A stretch of 64,000 nucleotides of DNA from a virus. This document shows, in pieces, positions 17,364 through 27,923 of this stretch (within the stretch, counting starts at the first letter, position 1; each line of letters begins with the position of its first letter). The stretch is from the IMG/VR virus record IMGVR_UViG_3300020416_000002, one strand, 5' to 3'. The notes beneath the pieces are model-generated. The model was not told the DNA's origin. It ran no database searches and saw only the letters and a list, made by a program, of their open reading frames with translations. The position numbers were made by a program, and so were the translations under genes.

Positions 17364-17495
17364 TCACCTTTTGACATCATGAGCACAACCATCACCTTTG
17401 TAATCGTCACTATCATAATATCCACCTTTTGTACCAAAGTAAAGTGTGATTGCCACGAAAGGCAATGCAACTACAGTTAAAAAAATTCCGAACAT
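17364..17495 (-). CDS. ndhP: NDH-1L small subunit NdhP, 43 aa (below ORF-track cutoff)
   Basis: MFGIFLTVVALPFVAITLYFGTKGGYYDSDDYKGDGCAHDVKR matches the NdhP signature TM-FGTxxGxYDxDxYxGxGxAH. Confidence 0.85.
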   Translation of the reverse strand: MFGIFLTVVALPFVAITLYFGTKGGYYDSDDYKGDGCAHDVKR

Positions 17496-17501
17496 AATAA
17501 T

Positions 17502-19466
17502 TTAGTAGATAACTCTAATGTCTCCTCCATTAGGTATAACCTGATATGGAGCTCCAGCAACTGCTCTACCAGCAGGAGCAGCTCCCGCTTGACCCCAGTC
17601 ACCACCTGCAATGCCAGGTGTGCCAGGTGTGCCTGGTGTGCCAGGTTGCCCATTGCCGCCTGGTGTACCTGGCGTACCTGGTTGACCTGGTGTGCCATCT
17701 GTCCCATCATCGCCAGGTGTGCCAGGTGTGCCAGGTGTTCCATCGGTGCCTGGTGTGCCAGGTGTTCCATCACCGCCAGGTGTGCCAGGTGTTCCGTCAC
17801 CTCCATCAGAACCTGGTGTGCCAGGTGTGCCTGGTGTGCCAGGTGAGGCAGCATTACATGATGCACTACCGCCAGGTGTACCAGAACCGCCAGGTGTTCC
17901 ACTGCTTCCACTACCGCCAGGTGTGCCTGGTGTTCCAGATCCACCTGAAGAACCTGGTGTGCCAGGTGTTCCATCGGTACCTGGCGTTCCAGCAGTGCCA
18001 GGTGTGCCAGGCGTACCTGGCGTACCTGGCGTGCCAGGTGTGCCTGGTGTTCCAGCACCACCTGGCGTAGCAGAGGTGCCTGGTGTACCTCCAGAAGAAC
18101 TCAAAGCACCTGTTTTATTATTCCAACCTCTACCTTCAGATCCAGATCCAGCAAAACCTTTTAGACCTTTAATACCATTGAAACCACCATAACCTTTATT
18201 ACCACCTTGTCCACCAAATCCACGGAATCCACCTGCACCACCAAATCCTTTGGCACCGCCTGATCCTGCTGATCCACCCTGTCCTCCGTAGCCACGACCG
18301 CCACCAGATCCACCTGATCCACCGCCGCCACCAGATCCACCAGATCCACCGCCGCCACCAGATCCTGGTCCTCCACCAAAGCAAGCAACTTTTGATTGTG
18401 ATGTGCCTGGTTGATTTACTGTACTCCTATTTTGAACACTAACCTGATTCGATACTCTACTTCTTCTTCTACCTTGACCCCACCATCCTCTTCTACTCCT
18501 CCTTTCCTGTCGCTGATTCTGTTGTGCTACGGTTACATTTTGGAATGTGTATGTAAATGACAATGTGGTTCTCTGCATACCAGGTGAACCAAATGAACCT
18601 GGCGTACCTGGTTGACCTGGCGATCCATCACTACCTGGCGTACCTGGCGATCCATCGCCGCCATCAGAACCTGGCGATCCATTGCTTCCGTCAGAACCTG
18701 GCGATCCGTCCACGCCAGGACTGCCAGGCGACCCATTAACACCTGGCGATCCATCTACACCGTCAACACCATTTCCAACAAAATTGCTACCATCTACACC
18801 ATCTACACCGTCAACACCATCGGATCCACCACCACCACCTGCATAAATTCTAGATTGACCACCCTCACACTCAACAAAAACTACACGAGTAGATGGTGCA
18901 CCAGGATTTGTTATCTTAACTGCGTTACCACCTGGTTGATTTTTTGCACCACCAGCAGCATAAACACCATCACCAGCAGGAGAGTTAGCAACAAAAATAT
19001 GTAGATTAGATGATGCTGAACTAGCAATAGAAACGGAAGGTTGAGCTACTTGGTCGGATACCATCCTACCCCTAATCTTCAAATATTTTGTGATATTTTT
19101 ATTGAGATTAGAATTCCAGTCTACTGCTGCTTGTGTTGAGGGAGATGATAGTGTACCAACATCAAAGTATTGTTCCTCTGTATTAGGATCCTGTTCTAAA
19201 CAATATTCTTTAATTACACTTCTAACATCATCAGGAGAAATTTCTCCACTAGTAGGTACACCTACATTCTCTGTAGAATCTAAAATGTATGGAAGATCCC
19301 CACCTTGATATGGTGCATCAAGATCAGTTACCCTACGCAATTCAGATGCTGCTAACTGTTTGTTTGGATCACCAACAGCATTTCTAATATCACCAAATGA
19401 ATGTTGTGTGCCAGGTGAACCAGTGAGTAGTAACTTAGTAGTGTTTGACCAGTCGTTTGCTGCCAT
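17502..19466 (-). CDS. collagen-like (Gly-X-Y) virion fibre protein
   Basis: Long GTP, GSP and GVD triplet runs; Gly-rich linker; follows tail-fibre genes. Confidence 0.8.
   Translation of the reverse strand: MAANDWSNTTKLLLTGSPGTQHSFGDIRNAVGDPNKQLAASELRRVTDLDAPYQGGDLPYILDSTENVGVPTSGEISPDDVRSVIKEYCLEQDPNTEEQYFDVGTLSSPSTQAAVDWNSNLNKNITKYLKIRGRMVSDQVAQPSVSIASSASSNLHIFVANSPAGDGVYAAGGAKNQPGGNAVKITNPGAPSTRVVFVECEGGQSRIYAGGGGGSDGVDGVDGVDGSNFVGNGVDGVDGSPGVNGSPGSPGVDGSPGSDGSNGSPGSDGGDGSPGTPGSDGSPGQPGTPGSFGSPGMQRTTLSFTYTFQNVTVAQQNQRQERRSRRGWWGQGRRRSRVSNQVSVQNRSTVNQPGTSQSKVACFGGGPGSGGGGGSGGSGGGGGSGGSGGGRGYGGQGGSAGSGGAKGFGGAGGFRGFGGQGGNKGYGGFNGIKGLKGFAGSGSEGRGWNNKTGALSSSGGTPGTSATPGGAGTPGTPGTPGTPGTPGTPGTAGTPGTDGTPGTPGSSGGSGTPGTPGGSGSSGTPGGSGTPGGSASCNAASPGTPGTPGTPGSDGGDGTPGTPGGDGTPGTPGTDGTPGTPGTPGDDGTDGTPGQPGTPGTPGGNGQPGTPGTPGTPGIAGGDWGQAGAAPAGRAVAGAPYQVIPNGGDIRVIY
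17610..18090. repeat. degenerate 9-bp tandem repeat (GTGCCAGGT/GTGCCTGGT) encoding Gly-Thr-Pro
   Basis: Directly visible tandem 9-mers. Confidence 0.9.
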
Positions 19467-19477
19467 ATTATATTACC

Positions 19478-22294
19478 TTATGTTAGTGATAGGGTTGCAG
19501 ATCCTACTCCTGCTACATCTATACTTAGGTTAGTACCGTTAACGATAATAGAAACACCAGTTGTTGCACTACCAACTAATGATCTCCATACACTATCTGA
19601 ACCGTAAACCTGTACTTGATCAGTAGGTCTATAGTAGATCATGTTACTAGTAGACCAACCTGGTGGTTGCTCAGGTGGTGCAGTAGGTTCATCGGTAACT
19701 TTTTGACCTTCATTTTCGATTAGTCTACCTAAGAATCCTCTCTCTTCTAGAACATTATAGTCTAGTTCAGTTGATAGACCAACACTTTGACTATCTTCAA
19801 ATCTAACTCTAAATTTCTTAGTATGACCATCATACCACATACTACCTTCATAATCCTCATCATTAACATCTACAATAGAGGGATTACCAGGTACACCACC
19901 ACTAGGAATATAGTTTCTAGGTAAGACAAACGCCTCACCCGCATACCTCATATCCAAACTACCGCCAGGTTTATCAGTATTGAAACCGACTCTATTTGTT
20001 GTGCTACCACCAACACCAATGGTTCCACCGATACCAAGATGATTATTTCTGATTAAAATTTGACTATAAATGTCAACTTGTGGATCACCATTACCTGACA
20101 TTCTTGTATTGGTGGTTCCGATACCAACATTACCTTCAAATATTGCCTGTGTATTGATTAATTGACCATTAGGTTCTCTCAACAATCCAACATGTAGTAA
20201 GTCAGTTGCTGCTCTATCACCAGATGTAGTTCCAATACCTATACCCTTTCCTTCATTCCTAGTGTCAATGAATAACTCAGAGGTTCCACTAATTTGAAGA
20301 CCACTAGCAACTCTGGATGAAATACCAAGAGTGTTAGCACCAATTCCAAGACCTATGTACTTACCAAATACCTCGGTGTCATTACCAGATGAAATCTTAA
20401 TATCATTAAATGTTGATACGCCTGCAAAACCGATAAACTTAGTACCAGTGATGAGACCAGTAACACCATCTACCTTAGCACTACCAACATCAATAGTTCC
20501 AACACCAGAAACAGTAAGACTACCATTAACATTGAGATCTTGTACTGTTGATACTCCACTAACAGTTAATCCAGCAGCACCAATTGTTGCCTTGTCTCCT
20601 TGGAATCCTGCGGTCATTGTACAGAATCCTGCACCAGTAATACCACCATTGACGCCAAATAGTTGACCATTCATAGTCACACTAGCACCAACTACGATAC
20701 CCTCTACATATTCAGCACCACCAGATGAGAAGATTTTACCACAAGTTACTGCAGCACCTGCTACATCAATACCTAGTTTACCTACACCTCCACCAGAACT
20801 GAAGTTTACAGCACCACAAGTGAGGACACCTGATTGAATATCTACTCCAGTTGTAGAGATTGAACCTCCAGTAGAGAAGATGATAGGTCCTCCGATAGTT
20901 AAACCACCACCAACAACTACACCACCACCAAGGAATTGACCACCACCAGTAAAGTCACCTCTACCCTGTGCAGTTACACCTCCATTAACACAACTCAGTG
21001 ATCCACAAGTAAATCCACCACCAACAGTCATACCATTAGAGGTATTTAATTCATCGCATGTTATATCCCCTTGGAATACCATGTCACCTGCACCAGTGAC
21101 AGTTCCAGTAAATGAACTAATACCAGCAACAGATAAACCAGCACCAACATTCAATACATCAATATCTGTTTCCGCACCAATATTAAGACTACCCGTAATA
21201 CTTCCAGCAATACCAACACTACCATCAACAATCAAATCTCCTTGATGGACTCTGACAGTACCAATAAATCCTGCTGCCTCACCAATAGCAGAACTAGTAT
21301 TACCAACACCTATGAACTCACCCACCAATAGATCTTGTCCAATAGTGCTAACACCTGATCCTTTGATGATAGAAGGTGCAATACCATCAACAGTTACAAG
21401 ATCAACAAGAATCTCTGGTTGACCTAACAAACTAAATGCAGTTTGAGCACCAATAGCAGTAGTTGCAGTACCACTAAATGTCGTAGCAGTAATAACTCCT
21501 GCCTCAGCAACAACTCCACCACTAATTCTTAAAGTTTGGAAACTTGTGATACCAGTAAATGTACCACCAACACCTTGAATATCTGTAACACTAATACTAG
21601 GAGAATCTGTCAATCCTGCTGCTACAACTGCTCTTGTGGCATTTGTAATCGTACCAATAAATGTAGGTGCTTCAACTGTTGATGTAGCAGTGACAGTGGA
21701 GAATGTACCAACATCAGCAACAACAGTTCCCTGCCCTTGTCCACTAGAGTTAACAGCAGTAATATTTTTTGCAACTAATCCTTCAAATGTACCGACACCA
21801 CTATTGGCATCCATGAATATCTCAAACCCTACACCAAAATCTGCACCGTCTCTTGGTCTTTCTGTACCAACACCTACATCTTTAAGAGAATATATTGTAT
21901 CACCAGCACCAGGATTGATCCATACAGATACAGGTAAATCTACTAAGTTTGCACCAGAACCAAAATATTCTGTTGCCCTTACTACACCACCTTCAGTTAC
22001 TGTAAATCCCGTAGTCCCAACACCAACTTGGAAAGCTGCTTCTGGTACCGTAGTTCCGATACCTACTGACGAACCAGTTCCAACATTTAATGTACCATAA
22101 TATGTTGCTACTCCAGTGACAGTTAAATCATTTAACTCTGTCAGGTTATCGACAATGACATTGCCGCGAACATCGAGTTGTTGTCTAGGTATCGTGCTTC
22201 CGATACCAACCAGACCATTATTAGAAATCAGGTCATCAGTATCTACCTGAATACCGTCTCTGAAATTGATTACTGTTTTATAATTGCTAGGCAT
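19478..22294 (-). CDS. tail fibre / virion structural protein
   Basis: Repeated VGIGTT, GVSTF and GVITAT motifs typical of cyanomyophage fibres. Confidence 0.8.
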   Translation of the reverse strand: MPSNYKTVINFRDGIQVDTDDLISNNGLVGIGSTIPRQQLDVRGNVIVDNLTELNDLTVTGVATYYGTLNVGTGSSVGIGTTVPEAAFQVGVGTTGFTVTEGGVVRATEYFGSGANLVDLPVSVWINPGAGDTIYSLKDVGVGTERPRDGADFGVGFEIFMDANSGVGTFEGLVAKNITAVNSSGQGQGTVVADVGTFSTVTATSTVEAPTFIGTITNATRAVVAAGLTDSPSISVTDIQGVGGTFTGITSFQTLRISGGVVAEAGVITATTFSGTATTAIGAQTAFSLLGQPEILVDLVTVDGIAPSIIKGSGVSTIGQDLLVGEFIGVGNTSSAIGEAAGFIGTVRVHQGDLIVDGSVGIAGSITGSLNIGAETDIDVLNVGAGLSVAGISSFTGTVTGAGDMVFQGDITCDELNTSNGMTVGGGFTCGSLSCVNGGVTAQGRGDFTGGGQFLGGGVVVGGGLTIGGPIIFSTGGSISTTGVDIQSGVLTCGAVNFSSGGGVGKLGIDVAGAAVTCGKIFSSGGAEYVEGIVVGASVTMNGQLFGVNGGITGAGFCTMTAGFQGDKATIGAAGLTVSGVSTVQDLNVNGSLTVSGVGTIDVGSAKVDGVTGLITGTKFIGFAGVSTFNDIKISSGNDTEVFGKYIGLGIGANTLGISSRVASGLQISGTSELFIDTRNEGKGIGIGTTSGDRAATDLLHVGLLREPNGQLINTQAIFEGNVGIGTTNTRMSGNGDPQVDIYSQILIRNNHLGIGGTIGVGGSTTNRVGFNTDKPGGSLDMRYAGEAFVLPRNYIPSGGVPGNPSIVDVNDEDYEGSMWYDGHTKKFRVRFEDSQSVGLSTELDYNVLEERGFLGRLIENEGQKVTDEPTAPPEQPPGWSTSNMIYYRPTDQVQVYGSDSVWRSLVGSATTGVSIIVNGTNLSIDVAGVGSATLSLT

Positions 22295-22321
22295 TATTTT
22301 AGGGTAGACAAGACCTTTTAC

Positions 22322-25300
22322 TTATTTATCTTTGATGTCATCAACTTGTTGTGACAAGTCTTTGACTGCCTCAATTAGTAGAGGTATTAGTTTATTATAG
22401 TGGACACCTTTAGTGCCGTCAGGTTTTGTTGATACTGCCTCAGGTAGAACCTTCTCTACATCTTGAGCAATGACACCAATGTCATGTCCAGTGTAGTTTT
22501 TGTTATTCTTCCAGTCATACTCAGTACCACGAATTTGCATAACTTTAGAAATAGGATCATCTAGTGTGGATACATTTTCTTTAAATGCAATGTCAGAGGT
22601 TTGACCATAGAAGGCAATAATATCATCACAGAAATGAACAGGACCACCACAGAATGTAACTCCAGCACCACTATGGAAGAAGTCTCCACTAAATGTAGTG
22701 AATCCAGTAAATTCAACATCTTGATTAAATGTTACTGGTGCATCATAAGCGGTATCAGTTGCAATTGCAACCTTAAAGCCTGGTGCTGCATTAAGAACCA
22801 GATCACCAACACCAAACTTAGTTGTAATCTCAGTCTTATTAGTACCAACACCAATTTTAACATTGTTGATGTTTGCACCGCTAGGGAAGGAACCAGTAAA
22901 TTCAATTGTACCAGCAAGTTCAATACTACCACTAGATACAACCTTACCAGTAAAGTTTACATCATTGGTAAATGTAACAGGACCATCAAACTGTGACAGG
23001 ATATTTTGTTGAGCACCACCCTCAACATTAATTCTTTGTTTGACTGTAATTTCATCAACAACAATAGAGTTAGCAGATGGATCCTCACCTGTAATGGTAG
23101 GAATAGGAATATCAAATGATTTTTCCTGTCCAGTAGCAGAGTTGATCTTCTTATTACCAATGAAGAAATCACCTCTGTTATTTAAACCAGTGTATACAAC
23201 AGTACCACCACTTCTATTTTGTGCTTGAGATAGATATTCCTCAACCTCAGTTAGTGATCTATTCTGAACCTGAGGTAGTGATGTTGAATAGTTACCAGGA
23301 CCATAACCAAGATATTCAAATGTGTGACCCGACGCTCTTAAGATAGATGGTCTTCTAGTTTCCACCGCAAGAATATTCATTTTCTTGAGAGGAGTTCCAA
23401 TAGGGTAAGATTTAGGAATTGTTCCCATTTGACCTCTGAGAACACTGAATGAATCATTACCAGCACCACCAAGTCCAGTAGATGAAACTCTAACAATCTC
23501 GTTTCCAATTTCTAAGTAATCACCAAGTTGGAATCTGTTTGCAGTTCCAATACCACTAGCATGTTGTACAGGGAATGAGGTATCTGTGTTAGCAACATCA
23601 GTCTTAAGACCAACCATGTCACCACCATAGAACTGTACAAATCTAGATCCAATCGCCTCATTGATATTAATCTTCTGATCATGATCAGAGTGTGCATGTC
23701 TCAGGATCTTGAATGTGCTACCCGCACCAACAGTAACTTGCGGATCATTTGTAGTTCTAGCAGTAAATGATGTGACACCAGTTGCAATAGCATCAATGTA
23801 GAAATCACCAATCTTAACATTGTCACCATTAATTAAAGTAAATTGATTACCTTGTCTAAGTCCATGAGCAGAATCAGTTACAAATGTAGTAATACCAGTT
23901 GTGGTATCGAACGATGTAGATGAAACACCTAAGGATTGACCAACCACAAATGCAAACTGACCTGAGACCACAGTAGGATCAGTAGTTGTTACACCAATTG
24001 TAAATGAAGTCTCATCCAATACATTTTGAATTACATGATATGTGTCACTAGTATTACCTGTACCAGTAAACTGAACTACATTTCCTACGGCATTAATAAT
24101 AGATGATGTAGGGACACCAATAGATGCACCAGCAAAATTCTCAGGGAATAATGTGGCACCACCTGTGTATCCTGCACCAGGACTTTGAATTGTAAGGTCA
24201 GTGATAAATGTGCTACCAGCACCAACTGTTACAATTGCAGTTGCACCCTGCCAATTACCAGAATTATCAAGTAATCTAACATTGTACTTAGTAGTTTCAG
24301 CAAATCCAACACCACTATTAAATGGTGATAGATTCTCATGCTCTACAAAACCATTGAAGGTATGCATACCCTTCAATTGAATGGTAGAAATACCAGAGGA
24401 TGCAGGGGTGGCACTAGATACAGCAAGTCCAACACCAAATGCGGTGGAGAACTTATTCATTGCCTCTCTAGTAACAGAGTTTAAAATACTATTAGTCTCA
24501 ACCTTACCAATTGGATCTCTTCTTGCAAATGAAACAGATGGTGGTGGATTCTTTCTTATATTGTCTCTATCTAACTGTGGATAGAAATCAGTGATCTGTT
24601 GACTATATTTTTGATTGGTAAACTCTGTGGGTGGTGCATAATCAGATGCCAACACCTCTAATAGATACACACCATCACTCTCATCTTTTTCATATTGAGA
24701 GATAATAGTGGATCTATAAACATCAAAGTTACCTTGATTGTTATTGATACTGAATCTAGGAAGATCTGTTGTTCTGTTTGAGTTCTTCTCTATATAATTA
24801 CCAGTATTTTTCTTGTCACCACTGGTATCAGTATTACTATACTGGAACTCCATGTTGTTAGGAACAGCAGTTACAACATAGAAACCATTGTATCCTTTTT
24901 CTGCAATTGCAGTAGGATTATTAGAGTCAGCGATGTCTTCTGTAAAAACGATATCACCAACTCTGACATTATGAGGTAACTCTGCTCTAACTGTTACAGT
25001 ATCACTAAGTTCACTACATGTAGCAATGAAACTGTACTTTCTCTTAAAGTCATGATCCTTTGCAGTGATACTAGTTGCAGTAATATCAGATGTCTTAGCA
25101 AAACCAGTAGATCCAGTGTTCTGTAACACAAAACCTTGAACTGGATCTCTAGAGTTATCTACCTCTTTGGGAATAACATAGCGTAATTTATATAATTTAT
25201 TTTCAATGCTTCTATTGTCCTCAAATCTCTTGAAGTATGATGGATCTGTCTCAGTAGTAGTATTAACATTAGGGTTGTTAACAATTTCAGAGAAGATTCT

Positions 25301-27583
25301 ACTATCTGGTTCTGTTAATACATACCAATTATTTTGAAGTGAATCAAATTGTACTGGATGCCCAATAGTATTTGATGATTTATCACTAACTCTACTCTCT
25401 ATCCTTAGATCTGCACCACCATACAATGCAATGGGAATATTATTAATTGCATTAGAGAATGTCTTAGCAACCTTGAGTCCAGTTGGACTAGTCTTAATTG
25501 CAAAATATACTGTATTTGGTTGCAATCCTTCTGGTAAATCACCCGTATCACTAAACACACGGATTGTTTCACCCGTGATAATACCAATGTCCTGAATTGT
25601 CATTTCAAAATTGACATTTGGCACAGTCGCAGTGGAGAATTTAGTTCCTCTATGTGAATTAATACCAACATTAGCAGTGACACCAGCACCAGTCACATTC
25701 TCTGGCATATGAATTGGTGAACTAAATTCTGTACCACCAATAGATACATATAATTTTTCATTTAGATTTGCACCAATTCTAAATCCTTGAGTCAATTCAA
25801 GAGGGGGAAGATCCTCTTTGGTAAATCCTTTAAGATATAAATGTGATGATAGACCAACCTGTTGTGTTTTAGGAACATCTAATTGGAACCAAGTAATGTT
25901 GTCCAAATCATCATCATAGGTAGACACAAACTCAGGAGCAATCATATGAGTGATATACCCTTTGTCGTCTCTTGGGAAAGCTTGCTGTCTAAATCCATCA
26001 GTGATAAGAGATAACTGACCAAAGTTGGAGTTAGAGTTAGTGATAGATGCGTCAGCACCACTCTCACCAACAAAATGAGCGTTATAACCAATAGCGAACA
26101 CCGACACAATCTGTAAAACTGCGTCGTTAGTTATCTTGACATGGCATTGTTCCCATCCTCTTCTATAGATTGCTCTAGAGTCTAAGTGGTATACAGTGCT
26201 AGGGTCAGTAGAACTAGATTCTGCTGTTAATGCTGCACCTTTTACTGTAGGATATGCAATGGATTCATATAATCTTGTCTCTGGATTGTATTTTACAAAT
26301 GCACGGTCATCTTTTTGTAGAGAGATACCAGTGAACTGTGCAACAACCATTGAACGGAAACCAGTTGCTTTAGAACCGTCAGCATGCATACCATTCATAC
26401 CATAAACTGATCTCAACGAACAGTTAAAGATATATGGTGACGCACCTTTAACAGTATCAGACTCAATAGTTACTTTAGCTGAACTAATGTTAGTTGGTTT
26501 TGCAGGTAAATTGCTTGGGAAGTTTGGAATTAAATATGTAAACTGCGTCTCATCAATAATACTTTGTACTCTAGTAGATAAATTGTAAGGAGTTACATTG
26601 ACTCCACTAATCTTAATAGGTGTACCAGCAGTTAATCCATGCTCACCTTGAGTTGTTACAGTTACCTGTGCAGTAGGTGTTAATCCATCACCAGCAATAA
26701 TTGCAGCAATATTTAATGGGTCAGTACCAAGGGCACCAACAATCTCAAATTCTTCGCGAACTGCATCAAAATCACCCTCAAAGTTAGGCCACTCATAGTT
26801 GACAGCACGACCAGTTGGTTCCTGATATGCATAACTCAACTTGTAATAATACATGTTGAGGTCTGTTTTCTCATACCCCTTAACATCGTTAACACCATCA
26901 GCATACTCAAAGCATGTTAATTTATGGTGTGAGAATGTAGGTCTGGACTGATTCTGTGGTGTAAACTGTTGGTGATCAGTATAAACTAATCCATTAGGCA
27001 ATCCATCAAACATGGAGAATTGCCAAAAATAACAGTTACCAGTGATTCTGAACAATGAAGTTGCAGGGACACTATCATCTGTTGGGTTGGGGACATATAA
27101 AGGACGGATCTTAGTCTTTCTTAAGTCAAGACCAACGATAGATGTACCACGAGGTACAATCACACCACCATTAACTGAATTGAATTTGTAAAGAATATTA
27201 TCTTCTACTGTTAAATCAAACTCACTAGTTAGAGAAAGTGAGAATAGTGATGTTGCCAAACTCTCAGCACCTGCAGGAGAAACTCCAATTGCTCTAGTGG
27301 CATCTGTAGGATCTTCTTTAATACCAAAGCCAGGTCTGTTATCAACCTGATGTTCGCCAGGATATATTAAGATGGTAGTCTTATCACTCTCGTCGTTGTC
27401 TATACCTGATTGGTATGAAAATCTAGCAGACTCCAACAATGCTCGTTGAATTGTCTTGAAGGGTTTGGTTAAAGAGTTACCCTGATTAGTAATACTATCG
27501 GTAGAGTCCAAGTCATTTGGATTAACATAGAGAATCCTACCCTCAGTATTCTTAATAAAATTCTCTAACTTATTTAAAGGCAT
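22322..27583 (-). CDS. large tail fibre with C-terminal S74 intramolecular chaperone
   Basis: SDIAFKENV...IGVIAQDVEKVLPEAV...GVHYNKLIPLLIEAVKDL; N-terminal YVNPND...GNSLTKPFKTIQRAL. Confidence 0.88.
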   Translation of the reverse strand: MPLNKLENFIKNTEGRILYVNPNDLDSTDSITNQGNSLTKPFKTIQRALLESARFSYQSGIDNDESDKTTILIYPGEHQVDNRPGFGIKEDPTDATRAIGVSPAGAESLATSLFSLSLTSEFDLTVEDNILYKFNSVNGGVIVPRGTSIVGLDLRKTKIRPLYVPNPTDDSVPATSLFRITGNCYFWQFSMFDGLPNGLVYTDHQQFTPQNQSRPTFSHHKLTCFEYADGVNDVKGYEKTDLNMYYYKLSYAYQEPTGRAVNYEWPNFEGDFDAVREEFEIVGALGTDPLNIAAIIAGDGLTPTAQVTVTTQGEHGLTAGTPIKISGVNVTPYNLSTRVQSIIDETQFTYLIPNFPSNLPAKPTNISSAKVTIESDTVKGASPYIFNCSLRSVYGMNGMHADGSKATGFRSMVVAQFTGISLQKDDRAFVKYNPETRLYESIAYPTVKGAALTAESSSTDPSTVYHLDSRAIYRRGWEQCHVKITNDAVLQIVSVFAIGYNAHFVGESGADASITNSNSNFGQLSLITDGFRQQAFPRDDKGYITHMIAPEFVSTYDDDLDNITWFQLDVPKTQQVGLSSHLYLKGFTKEDLPPLELTQGFRIGANLNEKLYVSIGGTEFSSPIHMPENVTGAGVTANVGINSHRGTKFSTATVPNVNFEMTIQDIGIITGETIRVFSDTGDLPEGLQPNTVYFAIKTSPTGLKVAKTFSNAINNIPIALYGGADLRIESRVSDKSSNTIGHPVQFDSLQNNWYVLTEPDSRIFSEIVNNPNVNTTTETDPSYFKRFEDNRSIENKLYKLRYVIPKEVDNSRDPVQGFVLQNTGSTGFAKTSDITATSITAKDHDFKRKYSFIATCSELSDTVTVRAELPHNVRVGDIVFTEDIADSNNPTAIAEKGYNGFYVVTAVPNNMEFQYSNTDTSGDKKNTGNYIEKNSNRTTDLPRFSINNNQGNFDVYRSTIISQYEKDESDGVYLLEVLASDYAPPTEFTNQKYSQQITDFYPQLDRDNIRKNPPPSVSFARRDPIGKVETNSILNSVTREAMNKFSTAFGVGLAVSSATPASSGISTIQLKGMHTFNGFVEHENLSPFNSGVGFAETTKYNVRLLDNSGNWQGATAIVTVGAGSTFITDLTIQSPGAGYTGGATLFPENFAGASIGVPTSSIINAVGNVVQFTGTGNTSDTYHVIQNVLDETSFTIGVTTTDPTVVSGQFAFVVGQSLGVSSTSFDTTTGITTFVTDSAHGLRQGNQFTLINGDNVKIGDFYIDAIATGVTSFTARTTNDPQVTVGAGSTFKILRHAHSDHDQKININEAIGSRFVQFYGGDMVGLKTDVANTDTSFPVQHASGIGTANRFQLGDYLEIGNEIVRVSSTGLGGAGNDSFSVLRGQMGTIPKSYPIGTPLKKMNILAVETRRPSILRASGHTFEYLGYGPGNYSTSLPQVQNRSLTEVEEYLSQAQNRSGGTVVYTGLNNRGDFFIGNKKINSATGQEKSFDIPIPTITGEDPSANSIVVDEITVKQRINVEGGAQQNILSQFDGPVTFTNDVNFTGKVVSSGSIELAGTIEFTGSFPSGANINNVKIGVGTNKTEITTKFGVGDLVLNAAPGFKVAIATDTAYDAPVTFNQDVEFTGFTTFSGDFFHSGAGVTFCGGPVHFCDDIIAFYGQTSDIAFKENVSTLDDPISKVMQIRGTEYDWKNNKNYTGHDIGVIAQDVEKVLPEAVSTKPDGTKGVHYNKLIPLLIEAVKDLSQQVDDIKDK

Positions 27584-27613
27584 CTCTCTATTATAAGATA
27601 CATTGTGCTTCTG

Positions 27614-27634
27614 TTATTTAGTCATCGATAAATA
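27614..27634. promoter_or_regulatory. back-to-back T4-type late promoters (CTAAATA minus, ATAAATA plus)
   Basis: Between divergent genes 27583 and 27654; similar words precede the genes starting at 22294, 43111, 43990, 44780 and 58936. Confidence 0.6.
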
Positions 27635-27653
27635 CTTCATTGGTAATAAATAG

Positions 27654-27923
27654 ATGGACTTTCAAAAAATAGCATCCACAGGTACAGCAGTCGTAGTAGT
27701 AGGGACTGGTGCCGTTGTTGGTGGAAATCAAGCACTTGACCATTATAGTGGCGGTCCTCAAAAAAGGCAAGACGCTCAAATTGAGCAAATTAAACAAATA
27801 GTTAGAGAAGAGGTATATAAACAATTAGTAGAGGCATGGCCTGTAACTAGCGGACCTGTTAAGGGAACTAAACTTCCTACAAAAGATTATAAAGAGGTAT
27901 TACCAAATGCCAGAAATAAATGA
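27654..27923 (+). CDS. hypothetical with N-terminal membrane anchor
   Basis: TGTAVVVVGTGAVVGG hydrophobic N-terminus. Confidence 0.7.
   Translation: MDFQKIASTGTAVVVVGTGAVVGGNQALDHYSGGPQKRQDAQIEQIKQIVREEVYKQLVEAWPVTSGPVKGTKLPTKDYKEVLPNARNK

Noticed and set aside
17286-17480. Plus-strand 64-aa ORF
   Set aside because: Shadow of ndhP on the opposite strand
16670-17495. ndh genes as evidence of host chromosome or chimeric assembly
   Set aside because: Seamlessly packed between phage genes, no ndhA/G/E neighbours, phage-like AT content
17477-19004. Many alternative-frame ORFs (CAR, CQV, PGV, HLA, WRS repeats)
   Set aside because: By-products of the stop-free 9-bp repeat of the collagen gene
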